Assembly: GCA_028534125.1 (NCBI GenBank)
Contig: CM052816.1
Span: 35,528,001 to 35,592,000, forward strand
Length of the DNA: 64,000 nucleotides
Source of the DNA: Lama glama
Lineage: Eukaryota
Direction: 5' to 3'
The translations under genes and the position numbers were made by a program. This document shows positions 12,871 to 22,719 of this stretch, piece after piece. Below the pieces are notes generated by a model. That model was not told the DNA's origin and made no database searches. It saw only the letters and a program-made list of their open reading frames with translations. Position 1 is the stretch's first letter. Every line of letters begins with the position of its first letter.

Positions 12871-13611
12871 TGTCCCCAGGCCCTCGCGCGCGGACCGCGC
12901 TGCAGCCCACACAGCGTCTGTCAGGAGAGCCGCAAAGACGGCGGCCACTCGCGGTGACGCGGGTTTAGCCGCTCCGGGTGTAGCCGCACGTTGGTCTGAC
13001 CAGCGTCCTCTGCTGTCCTCTAGTGACCATTAGTGGAAGTGCAGACCCGGAACCTTCCCGAAAGGCGGCAGGACAGTGGTATGGTTCCGGGCCAGAGTTG
13101 GCCGAAAGAGAAAGCGCGGAGAGACTTGGAAAGCAGGGGTGAAGCGGCCGTCACCGCTCTCCGAAGGTCCCTGCGCTTAGAGACTGTGAGAGACAAGACA
13201 CCGAGATGCCGGCGGGTGCCGGTTTGTACTCGCTCGTGTCCCCGTTCTCAGCAGCTCGCGAAAACTGGCTGCTCTGACCAACAGCAAAGCAACCCCAGGC
13301 CCACGGCCAAAGGCTCCGCTGTAACTAGGAGGCAACGGCTGAGCAGAGGGAAGGGCCGTCCGTGGCCGCTGAGGCCAGCCCTTCAGGGCCCCATGCAAGT
13401 GGTGCACGCGCCTGGCTGCCGCCACCTAGGACTTGCCCACCTGTGCCAGCGCTCCGGAACAACTGGTCTTTCCCCTGACTCTCCCATTCCTGTTTTCAAA
13501 CTTGTCTGCTCCAGCCCTTCTCCCAGTTGTGTACTATCCAATTCCCATAATAAATCCTCATTCCGTGTACTCAGAGTGGTTCTGCTTCCCTGAATGAGCT
13601 TCGCCGAAACA
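12871..13611 (+). mobile_element. ERVL-type solo LTR (LTR41-like), CpG-rich
   Basis: TG...CA ends, AATAAA at 13549-13554, and a 3' end GTGGTTCTGCTTCCCTGAATGAGC...ACA typical of old ERVL LTRs. The subfamily name is from recollection. Confidence 0.6.
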
Positions 13612-14115
13612 CTCCGGCTGCAATAATCCAAGACAGCAAAATGGATGCCCTGCACCCCACCCGCTGCATAACTCGGCCGGACGCAAGTCTCAGGAGGTTG
13701 CATCCGATTGGTGGAATCTAATTAATCTTCGCATTCTTACAAATAAGGTTAGTGGGAAATGTATGGGTTTGGTTTTGGTTTTAAGTATTAAAATGTGTAG
13801 ATGGTGTTTGTCAGTGCCCTGTTTGTAACAAATGACATCCTTAACCTGGCTAATTTGACGAGAATTTAAGATGTGGTAAGGTTTAGGGAAAGTGGAGAGC
13901 TGTTGCAACCCCTGGGCCTGAGGTATGAGGAAAGGGAGCAGCTGATACAACCAGATAGGGGTACACCTCGTCTCATAGGAGCTTTAATATTACAGTACAT
14001 TTAGAAAACCTAACATTTTGCAAAATTAATTTCTTCAGGACTGTTTTTCTTTCTCCAGTATTTCTTTTTACCCTCTCAAATAGTTTATCTCAATTATCAA
14101 AGGCACTGGAGAATT

Positions 14116-14167
14116 TTTTAAAACATTTTTTATTGATTTATAATCATTTTACAATGTTGTATCAAAT
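14116..14167 (-). mobile_element. Ultra-short L1 3'-tail insertion with 11-bp TSD
   Basis: Near-identical reverse complement of the L1 tail at ~46290-46344; flanked by ACTGGAGAATT at 14105-14115 and 14168-14178. Confidence 0.9.
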
Positions 14168-14700
14168 ACTGGAGAATTATTTTTAAAAATCTTGCATGAG
14201 TTCTCCCTTCACTCTTCCTTCCTTCCTTCCTTGCTTTTTTTCCTTTCTTTTTCTCTCTTTCTTTCATCTAAAGTAATTACTTCTGTGAACTTTTTCCTCT
14301 TGTCACAACTCTGGTACTCTTACCCTTCCAGCAGGCTAGCATAAAAAAAAGTCAAGTTGGTCTAATCCATATCCTCAAATATCTCAGATTTTTTACATAA
14401 ATTTATTCATTTTTTTTCCACTAAAATTTTCTTCATGTCACCAGTATTTCTTCCTTTATTTTGCACGTGGTTTAATTTTTTTTTCTTTTCTTAGGAGATT
14501 TCATGGAGATTTTAAATTTTCCCTCCCAAATATTCTTATTTCCTCATTGTCTTAAAGACATAAGCCTGTATGCTTTTAAATTAATTCTATTGTTTTCTTC
14601 ATTTTCACTTTATAGGCCCTGAGGAGCCTTTTGTGAAGATTTTAGGGGTTTTGGAAAAATTTTAAGGATAATTTAAAAAACAAGTTATTCTTTCTTTGCC

Positions 14701-14802
14701 CATTTTGTTTATTTTTTCCCCTTAACAGAGGCACTGGGATTGAACCCAGGATCTTGTGCACACTAAGCATGTGCTTTACCACTGAGATGTATTCCCCATC
14801 CC
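14701..14802 (-). mobile_element. tRNA-derived SINE (Vic-1-like)
   Basis: GGGATTGAACCCAGGATCTTGTGCACACTAAGCATGTGCTTTACCACTGAG (reverse-strand B/A boxes); TSD TCTTTGCC at 14693-14700 and 14803-14810. Confidence 0.85.
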
Positions 14803-15349
14803 TCTTTGCCAGTTTTACATTCTTAAAGACTTTAGTGGATTTTTCTAAATGTGAGGCTTCAAAATAACCTGATTTTTTTTCTTTCTCTCTATTGTTTTTC
14901 TTGACAGCTTGACTTTAGAGACAGAAGCTGAAAATTTCAGATGAGGCTCTGGGGAATACTTCAGGAGGCTATCCCTAAATCTACTCTTTCTCTTCTACTT
15001 AATAGTGGTCTCTCCCTGACTCTGGGCCAGAAAGGGTTTTTTCATGAAGTTTTTCCTCCTGGTAGCCTAGTTGTAAAAGTGAGGGTGAACTTCTTAAACA
15101 TGAAAATTTTCTGGAGCTCATTTCTTCTTTCTCAGCTTTAACAGTCTCTGACTTCTTGTAAGAAATCTGCTTTAGCAAATCCTAACAGCACTGGGGAATT
15201 AATTATTGAGGAAGTTTTGCGTGAAGCTGTAGTCTGTCTTTCCGCTTCAAACACCAAAAGCCTCAAGACATGAAATGGTGTTCTCTGATGAAGAATGACG
15301 TCATGTAATGACAGGTGTTGACTCGCAGTTGTGAAGTTGAGGTGTAGAT

Positions 15350-15570
15350 GAAAGAACATGGGTTTTAGAGGCAGAATACAGAGTTCAAGTTTCATGTCAC
15401 TACCACCTATTAACTGCATATTTGTGATTGATTTATGTGGTCTTCTCAATCTCATTTCCTTTACCTGCTGAAGAGGGAATCATATCCACCCCCACAGAGT
15501 GGTTGGGAGAGTTAAATTTGATCCATATGTAAAAGTGCCAAATATGACTTGGCACGTAGGGAGGCGTTCA
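15350..15570 (+). mobile_element. MIR SINE
   Basis: GGGTTTTAGAGGCAGA...TCTCATTTCCTTTACCTG...CACAGAGTGGTTGGGAGAGTTAAAT...GTAAAAGTGCC. Confidence 0.7.
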
Positions 15571-15719
15571 CAGAGGAGAAGCAACCAAGTCCTAATGTCC
15601 AAGAAAGCTGGCCAGGGGGCTGGGCTGTAAATTGGTGGAAATAGAGGATATCGAACAGCTCCCACCCTTTGTCTGTCCTTGACTATGCCTCTAACAGTCT
15701 TGTTATATGCTTTCCCTAA

Positions 15720-15890
15720 TATGGTGGTTTTCAATCCTGACTACACATTAGTGTCACTTAGGGGAACTTTAAAAAAGAATTGAAGGAGAAGGTGCAGAGA
15801 AATGAAATCAGAATCTTTGAGGGGGCAGGCAAAGAAATTTGTTTCTTAGGTGGTTCTAATGTGTAAATCATGATTGAGATTCACTAACCT
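15720..15890. mobile_element. MER5-like hAT-Charlie MITE
   Basis: GTGGTTTTCAATCCTGACTACACATTAG...AATCAGAATCT...AGGTGGTTCTAATGTG...TTGAGATTCACT. Confidence 0.65.
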
Positions 15891-16030
15891 AAGTAACTTG
15901 ATACTAAGATACCATTGTAACTTTTGAAACTGATTCCCCCTTAAACAGAGTTCCCCAGCCAGGTTTATGCTTAACCTCTCTATCCAAGACTTTATTCCCT
16001 TTCTTGTCCCGTCCCTGTTCCCTTCAGGAT

Positions 16031-16222
16031 TGAGGAATATTAAAGAAAAGGGGGGATTGAAACCAAGCAGACCCTTCCTAGGTACAAAATCCCCTTCGGG
16101 TCCCCAGTTTCTTATTTGTAGAAAAAAGGCTTTAGTCTCCTAGGCCTTCTCTGAGTTCCAAAGTGCAGGCATAAGCACTTATTAAGGAAGTGAAGGAATG
16201 CAGAAACAAAGGTGAAACAGTC
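16031..16222 (+). mobile_element. Probable ERV1 LTR 5' fragment
   Basis: Starts TGAGGAATATTAAAGAAAAGGGGG; composition and style of a U3 region. Confidence 0.35.
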
Positions 16223-16249
16223 CTTTTGCCCTTCCCTATCTAGGCAATT

Positions 16250-16560
16250 TCTGTTTCGCTCTGCCTTCAGCCACTCTGATTCAGTTACACTGTTGTGGGA
16301 CTCTCACCTCAGGGCCTTTGCACTTACTGGACCCCCTCTCCATTCACCCACACACAAAGATTTCAACATATTTGAATTTTTCACTCTATTCAAATGTTAC
16401 CTCATCTAAAATAGCCCCTGGCTCCCAGCACACAAATTCTATTTGATAGAATGTAAAACCCCTCAGAGCAAGTACATTAAGACAGTTTTGTTCAACACTA
16501 TATCTTAGAAGTATTTGGCTCAGAGTATATGCTCAAGAATATTTGTTGACTGAATCAATA
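16250..16560 (+). mobile_element. L2 3' fragment
   Basis: CTCAGGGCCTTTGCACTT...TTCAAATGTTACCTC...TAGAATGTAAAACCC...GCTCAAGAATATTTGTTGACTGAAT. Confidence 0.7.
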
Positions 16561-18864
16561 TGTGATCACCCCCCTGAAATGGATATGTGTGAGTCACTAC
16601 ATCAGAGAGATTCATGTCTAAAAAGCTGCAAGTTCCATTGACAAAACATATGCGTGCACGTATGTACTATCCTGCATCATTAATGAAAGGATTTAGGGCA
16701 GAAAAACAAAATGAGTAAAACACCTGGGAACTCTGAAGACATGGTGGAGAAAATTTAACTACTGTTGGCCAGACGTGGTAATCCTGCGATGGCCGAAGAC
16801 AGCTAGTGGTGGAGTCAGTGGTACCAAAGAGGGGGCGCCTGTGAGCTGGGCCAGAGCAGAAAAGCAGTGATTAGGAACCCGCAGGCTGTGTGCTCGGGCC
16901 TCTCATAATCGCTCATTGGCCGTTTAAGTGGTCCCCGGTGCAGACTTTTACAGGTACGAATATTGACTCCCAGAGAAGTGATTTACCTTGACTTTCACTT
17001 TCCTATGAAACTAAGCTAGTGGCTCCTGTAAGAGTTAGGACTACCAAATGGAAAAACAGTACAAGGGTGGTGTTTTACAGTCTGAAAAAAACACTTTCTT
17101 GGAATTCTTCGACGCAAAAAATGCTGACGTTATAGTTTTTCCTAACGATTTTCTATGGAAATAAGACAGGGAAATGGGGATGTGTATCCAAAACTGAAAG
17201 TTGCCGTGGAGATAGGAAGCAAGTGTAGGAGATAAATGAGAAGTGTGAAGAGGTGATTTCTTAAGAATTAGTGGTAGAATCCATCTTTCTTAACATCTTT
17301 ATAAATGATCTGGAGGTGGCTCTATCAGAGAATTATTGGATTTAAATTGACTTCCCTTTTTAGCAAGAAAAGCTTTAGATAAGAGATAGCAGTCATTGAC
17401 ATGTTAATGAATCCTATCTGCACCTGAGCGATTTGAACAACTGACTTTGAGCCAATAAAATACAGTCTTACCATCCAAGAGATGTGTGGGTGTGTGCGTG
17501 GGTGTTGGTAGTGGGGAAAGTACCCACGGACTGAAGTACTGACTGAAGGTGGAATATAAATGGGAATTTTGGAAAACAAGAAGCTAGAGTGAGTTTTGGG
17601 TTAAAAAAATCATATTTTTCTAAGAGGTAACTGAAACCTCCCCTAGGAAATTCTAACACCAACAACAGCCACCATAAAACAGCAAATAACCCTTTTCCTA
17701 CTCTTACGTAAAAGAGTATAGTTGATATAGTTGAAATAGTATGTATTTTTTCTGATTGTTACTAGTAAAAATGGGGCTTTTGAAGGACATCTAAACTCAC
17801 TGGGAAGGTATGGGTGGGAGATGGCTGAGAGGTCATGAAAATATTAAGTTGAGAAGAAAGAGGAATATAGAATTTAGGATGAGAACTGTCTGTTTTTTTT
17901 TTTGGTTTTGTTTTGTTTTTGCCAGTCTGGCTCTGCTCAGGTTTGCATATCTATTCTATTGCTGGTTCCCAGGGTATAATTTAAGATTTTACATAACCTG
18001 GATTCAAACTACCTTTCCAAAGTCATCTTTCATTCCAGCCTCAGACCACCACGAAGGAGCATGGAAGTGCACCTAACTAACAAATGTTAATTGTTGTCAT
18101 TGTCATTATCATTCTTTAAAAACCCATTCTACTCCTGGATTCTGTGAAGCCTTCCCAAAAGATCTCTCCCCCTCCTGCATCAGGATTGACTGATGCTTTT
18201 TTCTGTCCTTCCAAAGAATTTGTCTTACTCCTCAGCACTTCTCTTATTCTGTCTCATTGTTTATTCCTGCCCACCCAACTCCCCCTGATTAGCTGCTCAA
18301 GCGGGAGAATCTTGTTATATCCAACTTAAATTTGCTCTCTTTAAGATTTCTACCAGATGTACAAAAAGAGTAAACATATTTTAAAATATTTTTCAAAGAG
18401 AAAACTGATTTTTTACAAGATGGGAGAAACATTGAAAGGATTTGGGGGGATGGTGTATATTGTTTGTGACATTTTGGCACAACCAGGATGAGTCATTAAT
18501 TCCTGTCAGAGAGAATAATTGTAAAATGATAAAAATTTGTTGTTCTATGCTTTGACATATACCTTTGGTTCTTCCTCAAACGTTCTTAGAAACTCAGCTT
18601 GGAGAAAGGAAAATGAGAACTTAAATTGAATTCTAGCTGTTTGGAGACAGTAAATCTTTCAAGTAGGGATTGAGGAGCTAAGATGAATACAGATTTTTAT
18701 TGATTGCTTTCTCTCAAAAATGAGACTAGTGAGAATCTTTTCCAGGATACCACCCTGTTACACATCACTTCTTTCTTTTTTTTGTATTTTCTTAGTTAAC
18801 AAACATCACTTATGTGATTTTCCTCACAGAGTTTTTCTCTAAATCATATTTAAAAAAACATTCA

Positions 18865-19346
18865 GTGACACTTTAGTTAAAGATGGATAGGCAGACTTTA
18901 TTCAGGACCATTGTGTTAGGTATAAGGACCACTTCAGTGGGGTTTTACAGTGGGAGAGAGAGATTGGGCTCAGATCTGAATACAGCATAAGCAAGTAGGA
19001 ATTTATAGCAAAGAAGCAGGGTTGGGGGGGTCAGTGGATGGGAACTTACTAAGAGAAAACATCAGGAGTCAGGAGGATTCTGGCAAAAAAACTGACCTAA
19101 CAGGATTCTTGCTGAAGACAGGCCCTGGTAAACAGACATCACCTGAGGGATGGTGGGGGGTGATGGGGGTTGAGCATCTTGATCAGATAAGTAGGTGATC
19201 AGATATCTAGGGTGAAGTGTTCTGGTTAAAGTGATTTAGCAGGGCTCCTGGTAGAACTACATTTTACAGGGAAGTTCATGGCTGGACCTAGGGAAAGGTT
19301 CAGGGGCCTGACTAAAAAGTTTGGTCAGGTAAAGAATCTTTGTCAC
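18865..19346 (-). mobile_element. ERV1 solo LTR (MER31-like)
   Basis: Reverse complement begins TGACAAAGATTCTTTACCTGACCAAACT...GTCAGGCCCCTGAACC; reverse AATAAA near 18897. Confidence 0.8.
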
Positions 19347-19784
19347 CATCACTGGCAGGACGAAATATTTTAATTGCTTAAAATAGACATGGGTAGTAAG
19401 TTTCAATAAATTCCACAATGTTAAAAATTGCACAAGAGGGGAGAAATGTGAAAATAAAGCTAATATCAAAGACTGTAACTTTGAAGTTTTAATTGAGTAT
19501 TTTAATTCTCCTTAATAAAAAATAGGAGATATTACCAAATTTAAATGATGTAAATCACTACATTGAAGTATCTACTGTTGTTTTAAATAAATAAAAAACT
19601 TCATACAATTATCTCACTTTTCACAAAATGGAGAATGTATTACTCACATGTTGCACCACAAGTTGACTTGCATAAAAAAATAATTTTAAATGACCAGAAC
19701 TTAAGTCATTTACCCAGTGATTACTGTCCCCTTCAAAAAATGGACAGTTACCTAGCTGCTTTATTTAATCAATTAATTTTATTG

Positions 19785-20330
19785 AAGTATAGTTAATTTA
19801 CAATATTGTTTTAGTTTCAGGTGTACAAAAAATAGTTATTCAGTATTTTTGCAGATTATATTCCATTATAGGTTATACAAGATAATCGGTATAATTCCCT
19901 GTGCTATGGAGTATATCTTTGCTGCTTATGTATTTTATATATATATAAACAGCACTTTGATTCTGTTAATGCCGTACCCTTAATTTGTCTCTCCTCCCTT
20001 CCCTCCCTGCTTTGGTAACCACAAGTTTGTTATCTATATCTGTGAGTGTGTTTCTGCTTTGTATATACATTCATTTGTATTATTTTTTAGATTCCACAGA
20101 TAATTGACATCATACAGTATTTGTCTTTCTCTGACTTATTTCATTAATCATAATATTCTCTAGGTTCATCCATGTTGCTGCAAATGGCAATATTTAATTT
20201 TTATGGTTGAGTAATATTCCATTATATGTATGTATATATAAACACCATGTATATATGTATATATACACCACAGCTTATTAATCCACTCATCTGTTGATAG
20301 GCACTTGGGTTGTTTCCGTGTCTTAGTATT
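19785..20330 (-). mobile_element. L1 3' end, 5'-truncated
   Basis: TTTATTGAAGTATAGTTAATTTACAATATTG...TTCATCCATGTTGCTGCAAATGGC...GGCACTTGGGTTGTTTCC. The ORF-track peptide KQPKCLSTDEWINKLWCIYT is the L1 ORF2 C-terminus. Confidence 0.92.
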
Positions 20331-20734
20331 CTGACAAGCTTTTAATTTCAACAGTAATTATGTTTTGTTATGTTGGCTTTAAGTATGTCAGCTTTAAGAT
20401 AATTTTCATGATATTTAGGTGACTTGAAACCTTGGACTGTTATTAAACTGAGTTAATTAATAGACAGTCATTGAATGCAGGATACTTTCTAGGTAAATTA
20501 GCATGCTGAGCCATTGATTATGAAGCCAAGTTTGAGATTTATCTACTTTTCATCTTACTTTATATGCTACAGAAAGGCTGTATCTTTCAGTCATGTTAAT
20601 GAATGTGCTCATGTTTTTCCATCTTGAGAAAGTGTAAAAGAGATGTGCATTGCTGTAGAAAGTAGTGTTATGTGTGTTCACATGCCAGTTTGCTCAAGTG
20701 CTTGTGTATGACATCCAGTTCAACAATTCACCCC

Positions 20735-21150
20735 TGTTGGGAGGAAAACTTTTTCTTTATCCACTTAGGTTCAATTCATTGGGGGCCTATGAATTAACTG
20801 GTAAATAAATAGGAGAACAGACAAGGTCTATTTACACCATGCGCACAGAAGTCACTCAGTAATGAGTAAGTCACTGAGTAGCCAGAGGTAAAGCTTTATA
20901 TACCAACTTAACAAAAAAGAGGCAGGTTTAGGGCTTCAGTGGAAGTGTGGAAGGTTCTGCTGGGCTTCATGATGCTAATGGGCAGCTGTTCTAAGGGTCA
21001 ATTTTCTTCCAGACAAGAAAATCTCCCAGAGCTGGGTCAATGGCAGTTGTATTTGCAGGAGAATCTGCTTAAGTTTAGATAATGTTTCTTTCTGTGGCAG
21101 CTGACTGTTCACATGTTTTAAATGTAAAGAAATGTTAATCCCTTCACCCC
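20735..21150 (-). mobile_element. Probable ERV1 solo LTR within degenerate ERV internal-like sequence
   Basis: Starts TGTTGGGAGGAAAA; reverse TATA-like CTTTATATA ~20894; LTR-like composition. Confidence 0.45.
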
Positions 21151-21339
21151 ATGCCATCATTTTTCTTTGTGAAATAGAAGTTAAATACTTTGTTAAAAGT
21201 TATGATTATTAGGGGTGGCTAAGACCACAATAAGAGTAAAAGCCACAGAGAAATATAATCGTGCATGTGCTTTTGTTTTTCAAAAAAGAAAAGAGTAGGT
21301 TTTTTTCCTTTAAAATAATTGGGTTTTTTTTCCCTGATT

Positions 21340-21750
21340 CTCTGGGCTCCTTACATTTAAACATTGTTGAGGACTCCAAAGAGCTTTTGTTTGTATGAGA
21401 AATGTAAAAATTAGGTATTTTTGATCATTGTAAGGCAGTAATATCATATGAACCCATTGCATATTATAATATATTTTTATGAAAAACAACTATATTTTCT
21501 AAAACCTAAAATTATGAGAATGGTATTGTTTTACAATTTTTGGAAATCTCTTAAATGTCTGGCTTATCAGAAAAAAGCTGGATTCTCATGTCTGCTTCTG
21601 CATATGATCCATTGTAATGTTACACATTCCATGGCCTCTGTACTGTACACTTGTAAGAAAATGAGAATGAAGAGGGCAAGTAATGTCTTAATACTATTGT
21701 GAAGATAGTCTTTAGTTTGTGCATCCCTTGAAAGAATTTTAGGGCTCTGT
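21340..21750. mobile_element. hAT-like DNA transposon remnant (subfamily uncertain)
   Basis: TTGAGGACTCCAAAGAGCTTTTGTTT and AAAAAGCTGGATTCTCATGTCTGCTTCTGCA resemble old eutherian DNA-transposon consensus segments. Confidence 0.5.
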
Positions 21751-21753
21751 CCT

Positions 21754-22106
21754 TGCTACAGAATGATTGTTTGTGTCCCCTGAAAATTCATATATTGAAA
21801 CCTGATCCCCAATGTGATGATATTAGGAGGCAGGAGCTTTTTTGGAGATGCCTAGGTCAGGAGGGCAGAGCCCTCATGAACGAGACTAGTTTTCTTACAA
21901 AATAGACTTCAGAGAGCAATCTTGCTAGCTTCTAACCGTGTGAGAACACAGCCAGCCTGAGTCTTCCTCTGAACCAAGAAGCAGAGTTCTCACCAGACAC
22001 TGAATCTGCCAGCACCTTGATCTTAGACTTCATAGCCTACCGAACTGTGAGAAGTAAATGTTTGTTGTTTAAGCTGCCCAGTCTATGGTATTTTGTTATA
22101 GCAGCC
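21754..22106 (+). mobile_element. MaLR LTR (MLT1A-like), last ~20 nt displaced by a nested LTR
   Basis: TTTGTGTCCCCTGAAAATTCATATATTGAAACC...CTCACCAGACACTGAATCTGCCAGCACCTTGATCTTAGACTTC...TTTGTTATAGCAGCC. Confidence 0.88.
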
Positions 22107-22689
22107 TGTTGACAGAAATAGTCAATAAATCAATCTATAATAGGAATAGAAAAGAGTTTTATTTGATCCAAACTGAGGACTACAGCCTGGGAGACACAGA
22201 TACAAGAAACACTTGAATTGCATTCTGCTGGATTTAAAAACAGTAACTTGTTTGTCAAGAATTAGGATTGGAGCTGGTGAGAAGTAAGGGTGCTTGTTAG
22301 CAAGGATTATTTGGGGTCCGAAATGGTTGCATCGTTAGAATGGGGAACCTTGATGCCATAAGGTTGCAGCTGGCAGCTGCTAGCAGATATTGTTTTGAGA
22401 ACAGCTGGTGGTGTCCTTGAGTCTGATGTAGTTCTGAAAATTCAAGTCCTCAGTGGATGTTCATACAGAAACATGTCTAAAACCACAACCATAATGGCTC
22501 CATTTTGAATGCCTGAACCACAGTTACTCTATTTTGATTTTTAAATGCATTCTTTTCTTTAATGGTTAAAGCAGATATAGGTCATAAGACAGGCTGTTCT
22601 AGCTAGCAAAATTATGCTAAATTATGCCAAATTATGTATAAGCCAGAAAGACTTCTCTAATCCTGAATATGTGAATATTTCTCCCATCA
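22107..22689 (-). mobile_element. ERV1-type solo LTR nested in MLT1A
   Basis: TG...CA termini; reverse AATAAA ~22158-22163; 4-bp flanks AGCC/AACC; the MLT1A terminus (CAAATGGATTAATATA) resumes right after. Confidence 0.75.
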
Positions 22690-22719
22690 AACCCAAATGG
22701 ATTAATATAGTTTTTAAGA

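Noticed and set aside
13033..13593. 186-aa ORF in the CpG-rich element
   Set aside because: Non-ATG start, lies wholly within an LTR-like element, GC-driven, and has no recognisable domain.
14725..14800. tRNA gene
   Set aside because: A/B-box similarity only; degenerate, tailed and TSD-flanked, so a tRNA-derived SINE (same for 57071-57221 and 60605-60722).
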